A stretch of DNA of 64,000 bases from Prevotella sp. (GCA_017413085.1 JAFPVC010000036.1:18874-82873); one strand, 5' to 3'; counted from the first letter of the stretch, positions 1 through 10,923 are shown. Translations and numbers: made by a program. The notes: generated from the sequence alone by a model not told the origin.

Positions 1-249
1 ATAGTATTCCTTTTAAGGAAACAAGGCATCACGTGCCTCACCTAATGCTGCGTATCTACGACTTAGGTCTTTGGATTTGCGGATTTGTGTTTATGAATAG
101 CAAAATAGCTTAGATTGCAATGTGGAGATTGCAATTGCAAAAGTAACAATATATTTTGGAAAAAACAAAAATATTGCAAAAAAAACTTTTATAAACCCTA
201 AATTTTCGCATATTTTAGCAATTTATTTTGTCTTTTAATGAAAAAAATG

Positions 250-257
250 TATCTTTG
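250..257 (+). promoter_or_regulatory. Bacteroidetes -7 promoter box (TATCTTTG) upstream of pyk
   Basis: Matches TAnnTTTG consensus in AT-rich intergenic DNA about 50 nt before the ATG at 311. Confidence 0.6.
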
Positions 258-310
258 CATCTAAATTGAAACTATTTTGTAAAAGAAAAACATATAATAT
301 AGGACACGTT

Positions 311-1741
311 ATGAAGCAGACAAAGATAGTAGCATCGGTAAGTGACCTGCGGTGCGAAGTTGATTTTATAAAGCAACTCTATGAAGCAGGTGTGAACGTC
401 ATACGCATGAACACCGCCCATGCTACTCCTGAGGGACTGAAGAAAATCATACGCAACGTGCGTGCGGTATCGCCGAGTCTTGCCATTCTCATTGACACCA
501 AGGGACCGGAAGTGCGCACTACAGGCACAGACAATCCTATCGATTACAAAACAGGCGAGAAAGTTACCATAATCGGAAATCCAGACCAAGACACAGCACA
601 CGATACCATATGTCTGTCTTACCCCGACATCTGCAAGGACGTGAAGGTGGGCGACGACATTCTGTTTGATGACGGAGAACTTGACATGCAAGTGGTTGCT
701 AACGACGGGAAGCAACTGACCGTCGAGGTATTGAACGACGGCAAACTGGGTTCACACAAATCGGTCAATGTACCAGGAGAGCACATAGACCTGCCTGCAC
801 TGACAGAGAAAGACAAACGCAACATTCTGCTTGCAATAGAAGAGGACATCGACTTCATCGCACACTCTTTCGTGCGTTCCAAGGAAGACCTCATGGAAGT
901 GCAGAGGATACTTGACGAACACAATTCTGACATCAAGATTATATCAAAGATAGAGAACCAGGAGGGTGTAGACAACATCGACGAGATACTTGATCACTGC
1001 TACGGCATCATGGTAGCACGCGGCGACCTCGGCATAGAGATTCCTGCCGAGAAAATCCCTGGCATACAGCGCATGATAATCAAGAAATGCGTATTTAGGA
1101 AAAAACCCGTGATTGTAGCCACACAGATGTTGCACACGATGATTAAGAACCCACGGCCGACACGTGCCGAGGTAAGCGACATCGCAAGCGCAGTGTTCCA
1201 CAATACCGATGCGCTGATGCTCTCTGGTGAAACCGCAAGCGGTGCATATCCCATTGAGGCTGTAAAAACCATGGCAAAGATAGCCGAACAGGCTGAAGCC
1301 GACCGCAGTCTGCACGCACCAAAGCTTGATGTAGACGGTGCCAACACCAACCTGCGCGACTTCCTCTGCAAAGCCGCAATTGAAACAACAGCCAAGCTTG
1401 ACGTGAAATGTATACTGACGGACTCAGGCACCGGTGACGACGCACGCACACTGGCAGCCTATCGCGGTCCTCATCCAGTGGTGGCAATATGCAAAAAAGA
1501 AAAACTGCAACGCTGGCTTGCATTGTCATACGGTGTCATTGCTACATATCCAAAGCAGGATGAGTTGGAACGTATGTTCTACAATACAGTAAAAGATCTT
1601 TACAAACAAGGCATGGTGACACTTGACGACAAGGTAACCTACCTGTCTGGCCACATGAACATAGGCATATCCGACAAATCTGCAGGCGTATCAATGCTTG
1701 AAGTCAACACCGTCAGTGAGGTATTTGCCAACTACGAGTAA
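311..1741 (+). CDS. pyk: Pyruvate kinase
   Basis: MKQTKIVAS start; DTKGPEVRT, KIENQEG, MVARGDLG, ATQML, PRPTRAE and MLSGETA motifs. Confidence 0.97.
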   Translation: MKQTKIVASVSDLRCEVDFIKQLYEAGVNVIRMNTAHATPEGLKKIIRNVRAVSPSLAILIDTKGPEVRTTGTDNPIDYKTGEKVTIIGNPDQDTAHDTICLSYPDICKDVKVGDDILFDDGELDMQVVANDGKQLTVEVLNDGKLGSHKSVNVPGEHIDLPALTEKDKRNILLAIEEDIDFIAHSFVRSKEDLMEVQRILDEHNSDIKIISKIENQEGVDNIDEILDHCYGIMVARGDLGIEIPAEKIPGIQRMIIKKCVFRKKPVIVATQMLHTMIKNPRPTRAEVSDIASAVFHNTDALMLSGETASGAYPIEAVKTMAKIAEQAEADRSLHAPKLDVDGANTNLRDFLCKAAIETTAKLDVKCILTDSGTGDDARTLAAYRGPHPVVAICKKEKLQRWLALSYGVIATYPKQDELERMFYNTVKDLYKQGMVTLDDKVTYLSGHMNIGISDKSAGVSMLEVNTVSEVFANYE

Positions 1742-1776
1742 GCCGTGACACCACATCATAGCGCATATTATATATA

Positions 1777-2673
1777 ATGTATAACCCAAAATTAAGAGAA
1801 TACAAACATTACACTGTCAGCAAGGAGACACAGCTCTTGGAGTTTCTTCTCGACACGCTTCCCGGCTCGCGCACTAAAATAAAGAGCACATTGCAAGGAC
1901 GTGGCATAAAAGTGAATGGCAAGGCCGTCACTCAGTTTGACTATGCACTGCAGCCTGGCGACAAAGTGAGTGTAAGCCAGTCGAAGAAGAACGACACATT
2001 CAAGAGCCGCTACGTCAGCATCGTCTACGAAGACAAGTATATCATCGTAATAGAAAAGAAGCCCGGCATACTGTCTATGGCAGCGGGGCACTCGACTCTG
2101 AACGTAAAGACGGTACTCGACGAATACTTCAAGAAAACTCGCCAGCCGTGCCGTGCCCATGTGGTGCACCGCCTTGACCGCGACACAAGCGGACTGATGA
2201 TTTACGCAAAAGACATGGAAACAGAGCAGATACTGGAGCACGAATGGCATGACATTGTGTTCGACCGTCGCTACGTTGCGCTTTGCTCTGGAGAATTTGA
2301 GGAGCAGACAGGTACTGTGGCCAACTGGCTCAAGGACAACAAATCGTATGTTACATACTCCTCTCCCGTGGATAACGGGGGTAAGTATGCCGTGACACAT
2401 TTCTATGTGCTTGACCGTTCCATAGAGCATAGTCTTGTGGAGTTCAAACTTGAGACGGGACGTAAGAACCAGATACGCGTACACTCTGCTGATATGGGGC
2501 ATCCCGTATGCGGCGACGTGAAGTACGGCAACGGCGACAGTCCGTTGCACCGCTTGTGTCTTCATGCCTACGTATTGTGTTTTCACCACCCTGTGACGCA
2601 TCAGCCAATGGAATTCTCAACACCCATACCGCCACAATTCAAGGAAATAATAAACAAGGATAAAAAGAAATGA
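1777..2673 (+). CDS. RluA-family pseudouridine synthase with S4-like N-terminus
   Basis: VHRLDRDTSGL catalytic motif, TGRKNQIRVH, GDVKYG, LCLHA. Confidence 0.93.
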   Translation: MYNPKLREYKHYTVSKETQLLEFLLDTLPGSRTKIKSTLQGRGIKVNGKAVTQFDYALQPGDKVSVSQSKKNDTFKSRYVSIVYEDKYIIVIEKKPGILSMAAGHSTLNVKTVLDEYFKKTRQPCRAHVVHRLDRDTSGLMIYAKDMETEQILEHEWHDIVFDRRYVALCSGEFEEQTGTVANWLKDNKSYVTYSSPVDNGGKYAVTHFYVLDRSIEHSLVEFKLETGRKNQIRVHSADMGHPVCGDVKYGNGDSPLHRLCLHAYVLCFHHPVTHQPMEFSTPIPPQFKEIINKDKKK

Positions 2674-2831
2674 ACGAACTATCTTACTATGCACTGGCCA
2701 TCGTGGCCATAATAGTGGCAGTGATACTGCTGAAGCGTTTCGTTGGATGCCTGTTCCGCATCATCGTGACAGTCATACTTATGGCATTGCTCGGTGCCAT
2801 ATATTACTACATGAAATTTTACCAAGGATGA
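2670..2831 (+). CDS. 53-aa two-helix small membrane protein (not in ORF track)
   Basis: Manual translation MNELSYYALAIVAIIVAVILLKRFVGCLFRIIVTVILMALLGAIYYYMKFYQG*; ATGA overlap with the upstream stop; fills the gap before the next gene. Confidence 0.75.
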   Translation: MNELSYYALAIVAIIVAVILLKRFVGCLFRIIVTVILMALLGAIYYYMKFYQG

Positions 2832-2839
2832 TAACTACA

Positions 2840-3544
2840 ATGAAGAAGATATTTTTCATAGCACTATTTTCGCTCTGCATGGCATCCGCAACCAATGCTC
2901 AAGGAAAGTATAAGAAGCCGCAGGACATGACGACAGTCCAGGAGGAAAAGCCGCGCCGCGGACTATTTGACAAGGACAAGACTCCTATCGACAAGAAATA
3001 TCTTGAGGGGGCATGCCCAATGGTTGGCAACAAGATTGTGTGGCAGAAGTATTTCTATGCTGACGACAAGACAGCCAAGGAAATCTATGATATCATGCTG
3101 AAATTCCTTCAGAAGATGACCAAGGAAGAGGGACAGACGAAAAAAAGCGATGTAGCGGCAGTCAATGAGGAAGAATATCAGATAGGGGCACGCTTTGTTG
3201 AGAAAATGGTATTCCAAAACTCTGCTTTATCGCTTGACCAGGCAGTATTCTCCTACCAGTTGCTCGTTTATTGTATAGACGGTCGCTGTGAGGTGGTAAT
3301 GAAGAACATGAACTACATCTATGAGGCTGACCGTGATGGCGGCGGACAATTCCCTGCAGAGGACATGCTTGCCGACGACATTGCCCTCAACAAGAAGAAA
3401 GACGGCTTCCACATAGGCGGATATAAGAAGTTTCGCATGAAGACCATTGACCGCAAGGATGAGATATTCACAAAGATATCTCGCGCCCTTAAACAAAGCG
3501 GAAATGGCAACGGCCAGAATAACGACACAAGCACTTGGGAATAA
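2840..3544 (+). CDS. Secreted protein, DUF4468-like
   Basis: MKKIFFIALF signal peptide; KYLEGACP..GNKIVW and KFRMKTIDRKDEIF resemble Bacteroidales DUF4468 proteins. Confidence 0.65.
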   Translation: MKKIFFIALFSLCMASATNAQGKYKKPQDMTTVQEEKPRRGLFDKDKTPIDKKYLEGACPMVGNKIVWQKYFYADDKTAKEIYDIMLKFLQKMTKEEGQTKKSDVAAVNEEEYQIGARFVEKMVFQNSALSLDQAVFSYQLLVYCIDGRCEVVMKNMNYIYEADRDGGGQFPAEDMLADDIALNKKKDGFHIGGYKKFRMKTIDRKDEIFTKISRALKQSGNGNGQNNDTSTWE

Positions 3545-3570
3545 TAACAACATAACAGGTGAATTGGAAT

Positions 3571-3825
3571 ATGGAGCAGGAAGAAGGAATAGAGATTAGA
3601 CACCGCCGGCGTTACGGACAGTCCGACGTACCGCACGACACGGTATTCAAGATACGCCAAATACTCAACTGGGCCTTTATCATCGTGGGCATCTGCGGTG
3701 CCTTGCTCTATTCATACGGTGTATGGTACCGCAGCAACACACGCTTTGAAATGATGGGGGTTGTCGTGGTGATTATTGCCGTGGTTATTAAGATGTCGGA
3801 GTGTATGCTCAGATTGAAGAAATAA
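3571..3825 (+). CDS. Small two-TM hypothetical protein
   Basis: Two hydrophobic segments; abuts the next gene. Confidence 0.7.
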   Translation: MEQEEGIEIRHRRRYGQSDVPHDTVFKIRQILNWAFIIVGICGALLYSYGVWYRSNTRFEMMGVVVVIIAVVIKMSECMLRLKK

Positions 3826-6135
3826 ATGAACAGGCTGTTTGTTTCACTCACTTTGCTGTTTATGTTTGCCTGCGCCGCAATGGCACAGATAAACGATTAT
3901 GACGATGGCTTCACTGTCATCGATGACACGTTTAACCCCAACCGTGCACGCGACTCACTGAAGTCTAACCACAAGGAGGTGCCCAAAGGACTGTCGATAT
4001 GGACTATCGACAATATGTTTGGCGACCGTACAGCACAACTCCCCGATACAGCGCAATATCTCTTCATGAACTCTATTTTCACCACGGGACGCTACGGAGA
4101 GTATAACACCACGGGAAACTTAGGTGCCCCGCGCATAGCACGAATAGCCACCGACCGCAATTTCAAGTCGGCTTTCCCATTCACCGAACCATACGGATAT
4201 TTCATTACGCCACCGTCAGAACTGCGTTTCACCAACACATTGTCGCCAATAACAAACTTATCTTTCAACAGTTGCGGCAACAAGACAAACGGTGAGGATC
4301 ACCTTAAGGCTCTCTTCGCAACCAACATCAACAAGGAGGCCGGAATAGGGTTTAAGTTTGATTACCTCTATGGGCGTGGCTACTACCAGAATCAGTCAAC
4401 CGCACTGTTCGACTACACCATGTGGGGGTCTTACATCGGCGAGCGTTATCAGGCTCACCTCGCAATGTCGTTCGACCACATGAAGACCAGCGAAAACGGC
4501 GGTATAACCAACGACGACTACATCATACATCCCGAAGCATACCGCGAATCGTATGCAGAAAACGAGATTCCTGTATTGCTCACCAACAACTGGAACCGCA
4601 CCGACGCATTCCACACGACACTGTCGCACCGCTATAACGTGGGGTTCTACCGCAAGGTACCAATGACCGAGCAAGAGAAGGAAGCTAAGCGCTTCGTCCT
4701 GAAGGCAGAGAAGGAAAAGCGCGAGCAGGAGGTACTGATGAAAAACAAAAATACCGAAAAAGCCTCGACTACCACAACTAAATTTACAGGACGCCCTGAT
4801 GATGCGAAAGTAGTTGGCGACCTGAACAACGACTCTGTGAAACAGGCTCTCAAACGCATGGCAGAACAGGAAAAACTATTGAAAGACAGCCTGCTGGCCC
4901 TGCGCGACACCGCCGCAGCTGACACTTCATGGTTCAAAGACGAATACGTGCCTGTAACGAGCTTCATTCATACGCTACAACTTGACAACTACAAACGCAC
5001 GTACATAGCCTACGACACACCGTCCAACATGTATATGAACCGCTTTACAGTGCCAGAGCACCGTGCACTGGGCGACTCACTGTATGACGAGACATCACTT
5101 TTCCGACTGCGAAACACCCTTGCCATAGGGTTGCTCGAGGGTTTTAACAAGTATGTGCCAATGGGAGCTAAGGTATTCATATCCCACGACCTGCGTCACT
5201 ACTCTCTGCCGGCAGCCTATACTAACGGCATGCTGAGCTATAACGAGAGCGACATCAATGCAGGTGCTGAGATTGCAAAGACAACCGGCACCACCCTGCA
5301 TTATAAGTTGCTGGGCGAATTTGGCTTGGTGGGCAAGCATTTTGGTGACATACAACTTGACGGAGAGGGCAGTCTGAACCTGCGTCTGTCACGGCGCGAC
5401 TCCATTAGAGTGTCGCTGCGCGCCTTCTATCATCTCACCACCCCCACGTTCTATCAGCGTCACTACCACTCCAAGCATTTCTGGTGGGACAACGATGACC
5501 TAAGCAAGCAGATGCAGACACATCTTGAGGGCGAGTTTTCACTAAGCCGTACGCACACCACTGTCCGCGTGGCCTACGACAATTTCCAGAATCTCACCTA
5601 TGCTGGCGTATCATACAACCGCAATACCGACTACAAGGTTACGGAATACGTTGCCAGCATACGTCAGACATCTAAAAACATCAGTTTGCTAACGCTTGCG
5701 CTGCATCAGGACTTCCGCACAGGCATACTGAACTGGGAGAACCGCATTACATTCCAGAAAAGCACCGATGACGACATTCTGCCCGTACCGGCGATCAACG
5801 TATGGTCAAATCTCTACCTCAATTTCCGCATTGCCCGTGTGCTCAAGGTACACTTCGGTGTAGACATGCGCTATTTCACAGAATACTACGCTCCGGAGTA
5901 TGTACCTCAAATTTCGCAGTATGCAGTGCAAGAAAACAGCGAGGTGAAGACAAAGGTTGGCAACTATCCCATTATCGACGCTTACTGCAACTTCATGCTT
6001 AAGAACTGTCGTTTCTTTGTGATGATGAGCCACATAAACGCAGGCACCGGCACACCAAAGTATTTTCTGACACCACACCACCCACTGAATCAACGTGTGC
6101 TGAGACTCGGACTCAGTTGGACATTCTATAACTGA
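3826..6135 (+). CDS. Putative outer-membrane porin (Porin_10-like)
   Basis: Signal peptide, SENGGI motif, C-terminal LGLSWTFYN beta-barrel end. Confidence 0.8.
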   Translation: MNRLFVSLTLLFMFACAAMAQINDYDDGFTVIDDTFNPNRARDSLKSNHKEVPKGLSIWTIDNMFGDRTAQLPDTAQYLFMNSIFTTGRYGEYNTTGNLGAPRIARIATDRNFKSAFPFTEPYGYFITPPSELRFTNTLSPITNLSFNSCGNKTNGEDHLKALFATNINKEAGIGFKFDYLYGRGYYQNQSTALFDYTMWGSYIGERYQAHLAMSFDHMKTSENGGITNDDYIIHPEAYRESYAENEIPVLLTNNWNRTDAFHTTLSHRYNVGFYRKVPMTEQEKEAKRFVLKAEKEKREQEVLMKNKNTEKASTTTTKFTGRPDDAKVVGDLNNDSVKQALKRMAEQEKLLKDSLLALRDTAAADTSWFKDEYVPVTSFIHTLQLDNYKRTYIAYDTPSNMYMNRFTVPEHRALGDSLYDETSLFRLRNTLAIGLLEGFNKYVPMGAKVFISHDLRHYSLPAAYTNGMLSYNESDINAGAEIAKTTGTTLHYKLLGEFGLVGKHFGDIQLDGEGSLNLRLSRRDSIRVSLRAFYHLTTPTFYQRHYHSKHFWWDNDDLSKQMQTHLEGEFSLSRTHTTVRVAYDNFQNLTYAGVSYNRNTDYKVTEYVASIRQTSKNISLLTLALHQDFRTGILNWENRITFQKSTDDDILPVPAINVWSNLYLNFRIARVLKVHFGVDMRYFTEYYAPEYVPQISQYAVQENSEVKTKVGNYPIIDAYCNFMLKNCRFFVMMSHINAGTGTPKYFLTPHHPLNQRVLRLGLSWTFYN

Positions 6136-6152
6136 CACCAAACAACCATATA

Positions 6153-6806
6153 ATGAAAGACAGCATATTGATATACAGCGGCGGCATGGACTCCACCACT
6201 ATGATGTATGAATACCGCGACCGCATAGCCATAGCACTCAGTTTCGACTACGGCAGCAAACACAATGCCAAGGAACTTGAGTGTGCGTCATGGCATTGCA
6301 AACAACTTGGCATCAAGCACGTGATAATACCATTGGCTTTCATGCAGCAGTATTTCAAGTCATCACTGCTTATCGGTGGTGAAGATATACCAGAGGGCAG
6401 TTACGATGACGAAAACATGAAGTCGACTGTAGTGCCATTCCGCAACGGTATCATGCTTGCAATTGCCGCTGGACTGGCCGAAAGCAATGGACTGCAGCAC
6501 GTGATGATGGCAAACCACAGCGGCGACCATGCCATCTATCCCGACTGCCGACCTGAGTTCGTCAGCAACATGAGCCATGCAATAAGTGCCGGAACATACG
6601 AACACCTTACCATTCTCGCACCATATACAGACATCACAAAAGGTGACATTGCCACACGCGGCAAGCGTCTGGGAGTGGACTACGGCCACACATGGTCATG
6701 TTACAAGGGTGGTGACAGACACTGCGGCAAGTGCGGCACATGCACAGAGCGCAAGGAAGCACTGCGCGATGCAGGGATAGAAGATACCACGGAATATGAA
6801 GACTGA
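6153..6806 (+). CDS. queC: 7-cyano-7-deazaguanine synthase
   Basis: SGGMDS PP-loop, VVPFRN, YPDCR, TWSCY and CGKCGTC zinc site. Confidence 0.95.
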   Translation: MKDSILIYSGGMDSTTMMYEYRDRIAIALSFDYGSKHNAKELECASWHCKQLGIKHVIIPLAFMQQYFKSSLLIGGEDIPEGSYDDENMKSTVVPFRNGIMLAIAAGLAESNGLQHVMMANHSGDHAIYPDCRPEFVSNMSHAISAGTYEHLTILAPYTDITKGDIATRGKRLGVDYGHTWSCYKGGDRHCGKCGTCTERKEALRDAGIEDTTEYED

Positions 6807-7779
6807 CATGGCTGCAAACAGGATACAATCGCTTGACGTTATAAAAATCACAGCCATGCTGATGGTGCTGATGCTGCATGTCAACGTATTCAAAGACTGG
6901 TCTGGGACAGGTAACACGGGAGCCTATTACGCACTTGCAGGCATTGCCATACCATTGTTTTTCATGACAAGCGGCTATATTATGGCAAATAAACAGATAG
7001 ACTGGAAATACGCAGCCCGCAAGATATGGGGAATTCTACGCTTTACACTGATTATATGCTTGACAATCTATGCCATAGATTATGTCACATACGGCAAAGC
7101 ACATTTTCAGTTTCCCGAATGTTATATACAACGTGGCGGCCTGGCTGTATTCTGGTATTTCGGAGCAATGATTATAATCTATGCTTTTCTGCCCCTGCTG
7201 CAACGCATAATCAACAGTCGAAAGTTGCTTCTGCCGTCGATTATTTTCCTGGTTGTTTTTGGAAACATAATCTTCGTCGCCAACCACTGGGGGTTTGAGG
7301 GTAGGCATCCCTGGCAGACATTCCGTCTGCACTACTGGTTCCTGTATTTTCTAATAGGTGCATACATCCGCAGAAATCCTGCATGTATAGGCCAGATACG
7401 ACTATGGTGGATAATCCCTGCTGCATTCTTATATGGCCTATTCTATCACCTCGGTATTGTAATAACCGGCATAGAACACTACTTTGGCTCACTGCCATGC
7501 ATGGCATACGCTTTTATAACCTTCGGTGCACTGCTTAAATTGCCAATCCATGACAGCAAAGCCATAACCAGGCTCTCGGCTACTTTCCTGCCGGTGTATG
7601 CTTTCCACTGGTTCTTCCTGCAGAAATGCTTCCACAACGATCCCTTTTATACCATCAATAATACCATGCACTTGCTTCCTGCCACGGCAATCGACTATGT
7701 AATCACCGTAGCAGTAATGCTCACATTCGGACTACTCATAATGCGTCTGCCATACGCTGACAAGATTTTCAGAGTATAG
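6796..7779 (+). CDS. Acyltransferase family 3 membrane protein
   Basis: R..SLDVIK...MVLMLH and AIPLFFMTSGY motifs; many TM segments. Confidence 0.85.
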   Translation: MKTDMAANRIQSLDVIKITAMLMVLMLHVNVFKDWSGTGNTGAYYALAGIAIPLFFMTSGYIMANKQIDWKYAARKIWGILRFTLIICLTIYAIDYVTYGKAHFQFPECYIQRGGLAVFWYFGAMIIIYAFLPLLQRIINSRKLLLPSIIFLVVFGNIIFVANHWGFEGRHPWQTFRLHYWFLYFLIGAYIRRNPACIGQIRLWWIIPAAFLYGLFYHLGIVITGIEHYFGSLPCMAYAFITFGALLKLPIHDSKAITRLSATFLPVYAFHWFFLQKCFHNDPFYTINNTMHLLPATAIDYVITVAVMLTFGLLIMRLPYADKIFRV

Positions 7780-7929
7780 TTCACACTAACCGCAAAAGTG
7801 CATAGTTTAATACATGATAAACAACACGCAAAACAGTACGAAAATAGTGCGTTTTTCCTCCGTTTTCTTTGCTGTTACAAGAATAATTTGTAACTTTGCA
7901 CAAGTTAAGAAAATAACAATGGCTATGCA

Positions 7930-9204
7930 ATGAAACTGAAACTCATCACAGGTTCGGTAGTGGTGGTGATACTGCTGGCGATGATGTTCTCTGGGCCACG
8001 CGACACCTTGACCGTGCAGCGCATAATGCTGCACGCAATAATGCCATTGCTAACTGTCATGCTGTTTTGGATTAACTATCTGTGGCTTGCTCCACTGCTT
8101 ACATTCAAAAACAAAAAATGGCAGGCAATAACATCCAACGCCGTACTGATACTGTTATTCGGATCGTTTCTCACCTTCTGGCATGACTATGAATTTCTGT
8201 ATGAGCGAAACGACCAAAAGCCTGAATGGATACAGAAAGAAGAAAACCGAAAGGACGAAAGAAGAATACCTGAAAACAGACGAGAGGGCAGATGGGATGA
8301 CGGACCAGAAAGAAGAGAACACGAAAAAACAATGGCGGAAGACAATGGTAAACCGCCAGAGATAATGGACGGTCCCAGAGGGGAAATGCCACCTGACGGA
8401 ATGGACAAGCCCGACAGACGCGACCACCGCAACAAATGGAAGCGCAAGGAGCGTCGTGGACACCTAAACCTGCTGGCCTCGCTCCGCGACACGCTGAATT
8501 TCCTATTTGCCATAGTTCTCGCCTATTACATACGCTCGCAGCAGCGCATAGCACGCTTACGCGAGCAACAGCAGCAGGCAGAGATGGCACGCCATGACGC
8601 AGAACTGCGCAGTCTAAGAAATCAAATCAGTCCACACTTCCTGCTCAATACGCTTAACAACATCTACGCCCTAGCGGCCATCGACACCGAACGCACACAA
8701 GATGCCGTGCTGAAACTGTCGAAAATGCTACGCCACCTGCTCTACGACAATCAAGCCGAACTGGTGACACTGCACTCAGAAGCAGAATTCATACGTTCTT
8801 ACATTGACCTAATGCGACTGCGTCTGGCACGAAACGTGAAAGTGGAAGCCACATTCGACATCAGGGAAGACAGCAAGACGCTGGTGGCTCCGCTACTGTT
8901 CATATCACTTGTAGAGAATGCCTTCAAGCACGGAGTGTCAAGCACCGAACCATGCCTTGTGAGCATCACACTGAAAGAGACCGACGAATCGATAATCTGC
9001 GACATCTCAAACTCCAACCATCCCAAGGCACAAACAGACCGCAGCGGTCACGGTGTGGGGCTACAATTAGTACAGAAGCGACTCGACATGGTTTATCCCG
9101 GACACTACACATGGAATAAAGGCGTAGGAAACGACGGTCTGTACCACTCGACAATCATATTAAAACACAATGAAGTATTTGGAAAAAAATCAGTCAAATC
9201 TTAA
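7930..9204 (+). CDS. LytS-type sensor histidine kinase
   Basis: QISPHFLLNTLNNI H-box, LVENAFKHG N-box, GVGL; N-terminal TM helices. Confidence 0.93.
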   Translation: MKLKLITGSVVVVILLAMMFSGPRDTLTVQRIMLHAIMPLLTVMLFWINYLWLAPLLTFKNKKWQAITSNAVLILLFGSFLTFWHDYEFLYERNDQKPEWIQKEENRKDERRIPENRREGRWDDGPERREHEKTMAEDNGKPPEIMDGPRGEMPPDGMDKPDRRDHRNKWKRKERRGHLNLLASLRDTLNFLFAIVLAYYIRSQQRIARLREQQQQAEMARHDAELRSLRNQISPHFLLNTLNNIYALAAIDTERTQDAVLKLSKMLRHLLYDNQAELVTLHSEAEFIRSYIDLMRLRLARNVKVEATFDIREDSKTLVAPLLFISLVENAFKHGVSSTEPCLVSITLKETDESIICDISNSNHPKAQTDRSGHGVGLQLVQKRLDMVYPGHYTWNKGVGNDGLYHSTIILKHNEVFGKKSVKS

Positions 9205-9225
9205 CTCTATTAAAACATAACAACA

Positions 9226-9942
9226 ATGACCTGCGCAATCATAGACGACGAACCGTTGGCAGCGGAACTGCTGACCTCATACGCAGAAAAGACAAACTTC
9301 CTGCATCTTACTGGTACCTACAACAGTGCCATCGAGGCTATGCGCACACTGCGCACTCAACCTGTTGACCTGATATTCCTCGACATTCAGATGCCTGAAC
9401 TGTCAGGACTGGAGTTCGCCACCATACTGCCACCACAGACCATGGTGGTGTTCACCACGGCTTTCGACCGCTATGCCGTCGAAAGTTACAAGGTAAATAC
9501 CATAGACTACCTGCTGAAACCCATATCATACGACAACTTCCTCAGTGCCGCCAACAAGGCACTAAAGGCATACGAGTTGCAACAGAAAGCAACAAGCACA
9601 GCCACACAGCCGCAAGACCGCTTCATATACGTAAAGAGCGAGTATAAGCTGGTTCGTATCTTCCTTGACGACATACTCTACATCGAAGGACTGAAAGACT
9701 ACGTGCAGATACACCTCTGCACGCCGCAGAAAAAGGTGCTGTGCCTGATGAACATGAAAACGCTGGAAGACTATCTTCCACAGCCAGAGTTTATGCGCGT
9801 ACACCGTTCCTTCATCGTCCACATGCCAAAGGCCGACATAATAGACCGCCTGCGCATAGTCTTCGGCGACAACTACATCCCCATATCCGAGAGTTACAAG
9901 GAGACTGTGCAGCAATACATTAACGAACATACACTGAACTAA
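9226..9942 (+). CDS. LytTR-family response regulator
   Basis: IIDDEPLA, FLDIQMP, DYLLKP receiver motifs; FMRVHRSFIV LytTR motif. Confidence 0.95.
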   Translation: MTCAIIDDEPLAAELLTSYAEKTNFLHLTGTYNSAIEAMRTLRTQPVDLIFLDIQMPELSGLEFATILPPQTMVVFTTAFDRYAVESYKVNTIDYLLKPISYDNFLSAANKALKAYELQQKATSTATQPQDRFIYVKSEYKLVRIFLDDILYIEGLKDYVQIHLCTPQKKVLCLMNMKTLEDYLPQPEFMRVHRSFIVHMPKADIIDRLRIVFGDNYIPISESYKETVQQYINEHTLN

Positions 9943-9945
9943 AAA

Positions 9946-10770
9946 TTGAAAAAAAGCAAGATTCTTATCATAAGCGACATGTGCGGCTACGGCAAGGTAG
10001 CGGCAGCTGCGCAGATGCCCATACTGTCATATATGGGTCACGACGTGTTTAACCTGCCTACTATGCTCGTAAGCAACACGTTCCCGTATGGAAAATATGC
10101 AGTTCTTGAGAGCACCGACTACATAGCCGAGGCTCTACAGAAATGGCACGAGCTCGGTTTCCGCTTCGACGCCATAACGACAGGATTCATGACCTCAGAA
10201 CGACAGGCGCGGCTAATAGCAGGATACTGCCGCGAACAAGCTGCGATGGGCACGAAAATATACGTAGACCCAGTAATGGGTGACTATGGCCGTCTCTATG
10301 GTGGAGCCAACGAAGAAACAGTAATATGCATGCGTGAGATGCTCAGCGTGTCGCATCTCTGTTTTCCAAACTACACAGAAGCATGCCTGCTCGCTGACAT
10401 ACCATACCACAGCGAGGGTATCAGCGAAGAAGAGGGACGCGAACTCATCAACCGTCTGCGCCGCATAGGTGCTCTGTCGGTTCTAATAACCAGTTGCAAG
10501 GTTAATGGCAGCAATGCCGTAATAGGCTACAACCATTTCTCGGCAGATTATTTCTCACTGGAGTATGAGGAAATACCAGTGCAGTTCCCCGGCACGGGCG
10601 ACATCTTCTCTTCTATCATCGTAGGCCGTCTGCAGGACGGTGCTACGCTGTGCGATGCCACGCTGTCAGCCATGACCACCCTGTCGCGCTGGATTGACGC
10701 AAACAAAGACAATACCGACAAAAACAGCGGAATACCAATAGAACGACATCTGACAGAACTTTCTTTCTGA
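9946..10770 (+). CDS. pdxK: Pyridoxal/pyridoxamine kinase (PfkB family)
   Basis: GYGKVA, VDPVMGDYG, PNYTEA and GTGDIF motifs; TTG start. Confidence 0.8.
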   Translation: MKKSKILIISDMCGYGKVAAAAQMPILSYMGHDVFNLPTMLVSNTFPYGKYAVLESTDYIAEALQKWHELGFRFDAITTGFMTSERQARLIAGYCREQAAMGTKIYVDPVMGDYGRLYGGANEETVICMREMLSVSHLCFPNYTEACLLADIPYHSEGISEEEGRELINRLRRIGALSVLITSCKVNGSNAVIGYNHFSADYFSLEYEEIPVQFPGTGDIFSSIIVGRLQDGATLCDATLSAMTTLSRWIDANKDNTDKNSGIPIERHLTELSF

Positions 10771-10823
10771 CATGCAACATCATTCCACGTTGTTATAAAT
10801 CAAAAAGAAACAACTGAAAACTT

Positions 10824-10863
10824 AAAAAGGCGATACAGTTTTTCACTGTATCACCTTTTTTTT
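10824..10863 (+). terminator. Intrinsic terminator
   Basis: aaaaaggcgatacag / ctgtatcacctttt stem followed by a T-run. Confidence 0.65.
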
Positions 10864-10923
10864 GTAATTTTGCACATTATATCATACGTTGAAACTCAAC
10901 ATAAAAAAGGCAAAGAAACACCA

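Noticed and set aside
6153-6806. queC as part of a Dpd/7-deazaguanine DNA-modification or QatABCD defence system, or with a preQ1 riboswitch
   Set aside because: Canonical short QueC in a housekeeping operon, no partner genes, only 17 nt of upstream intergenic space
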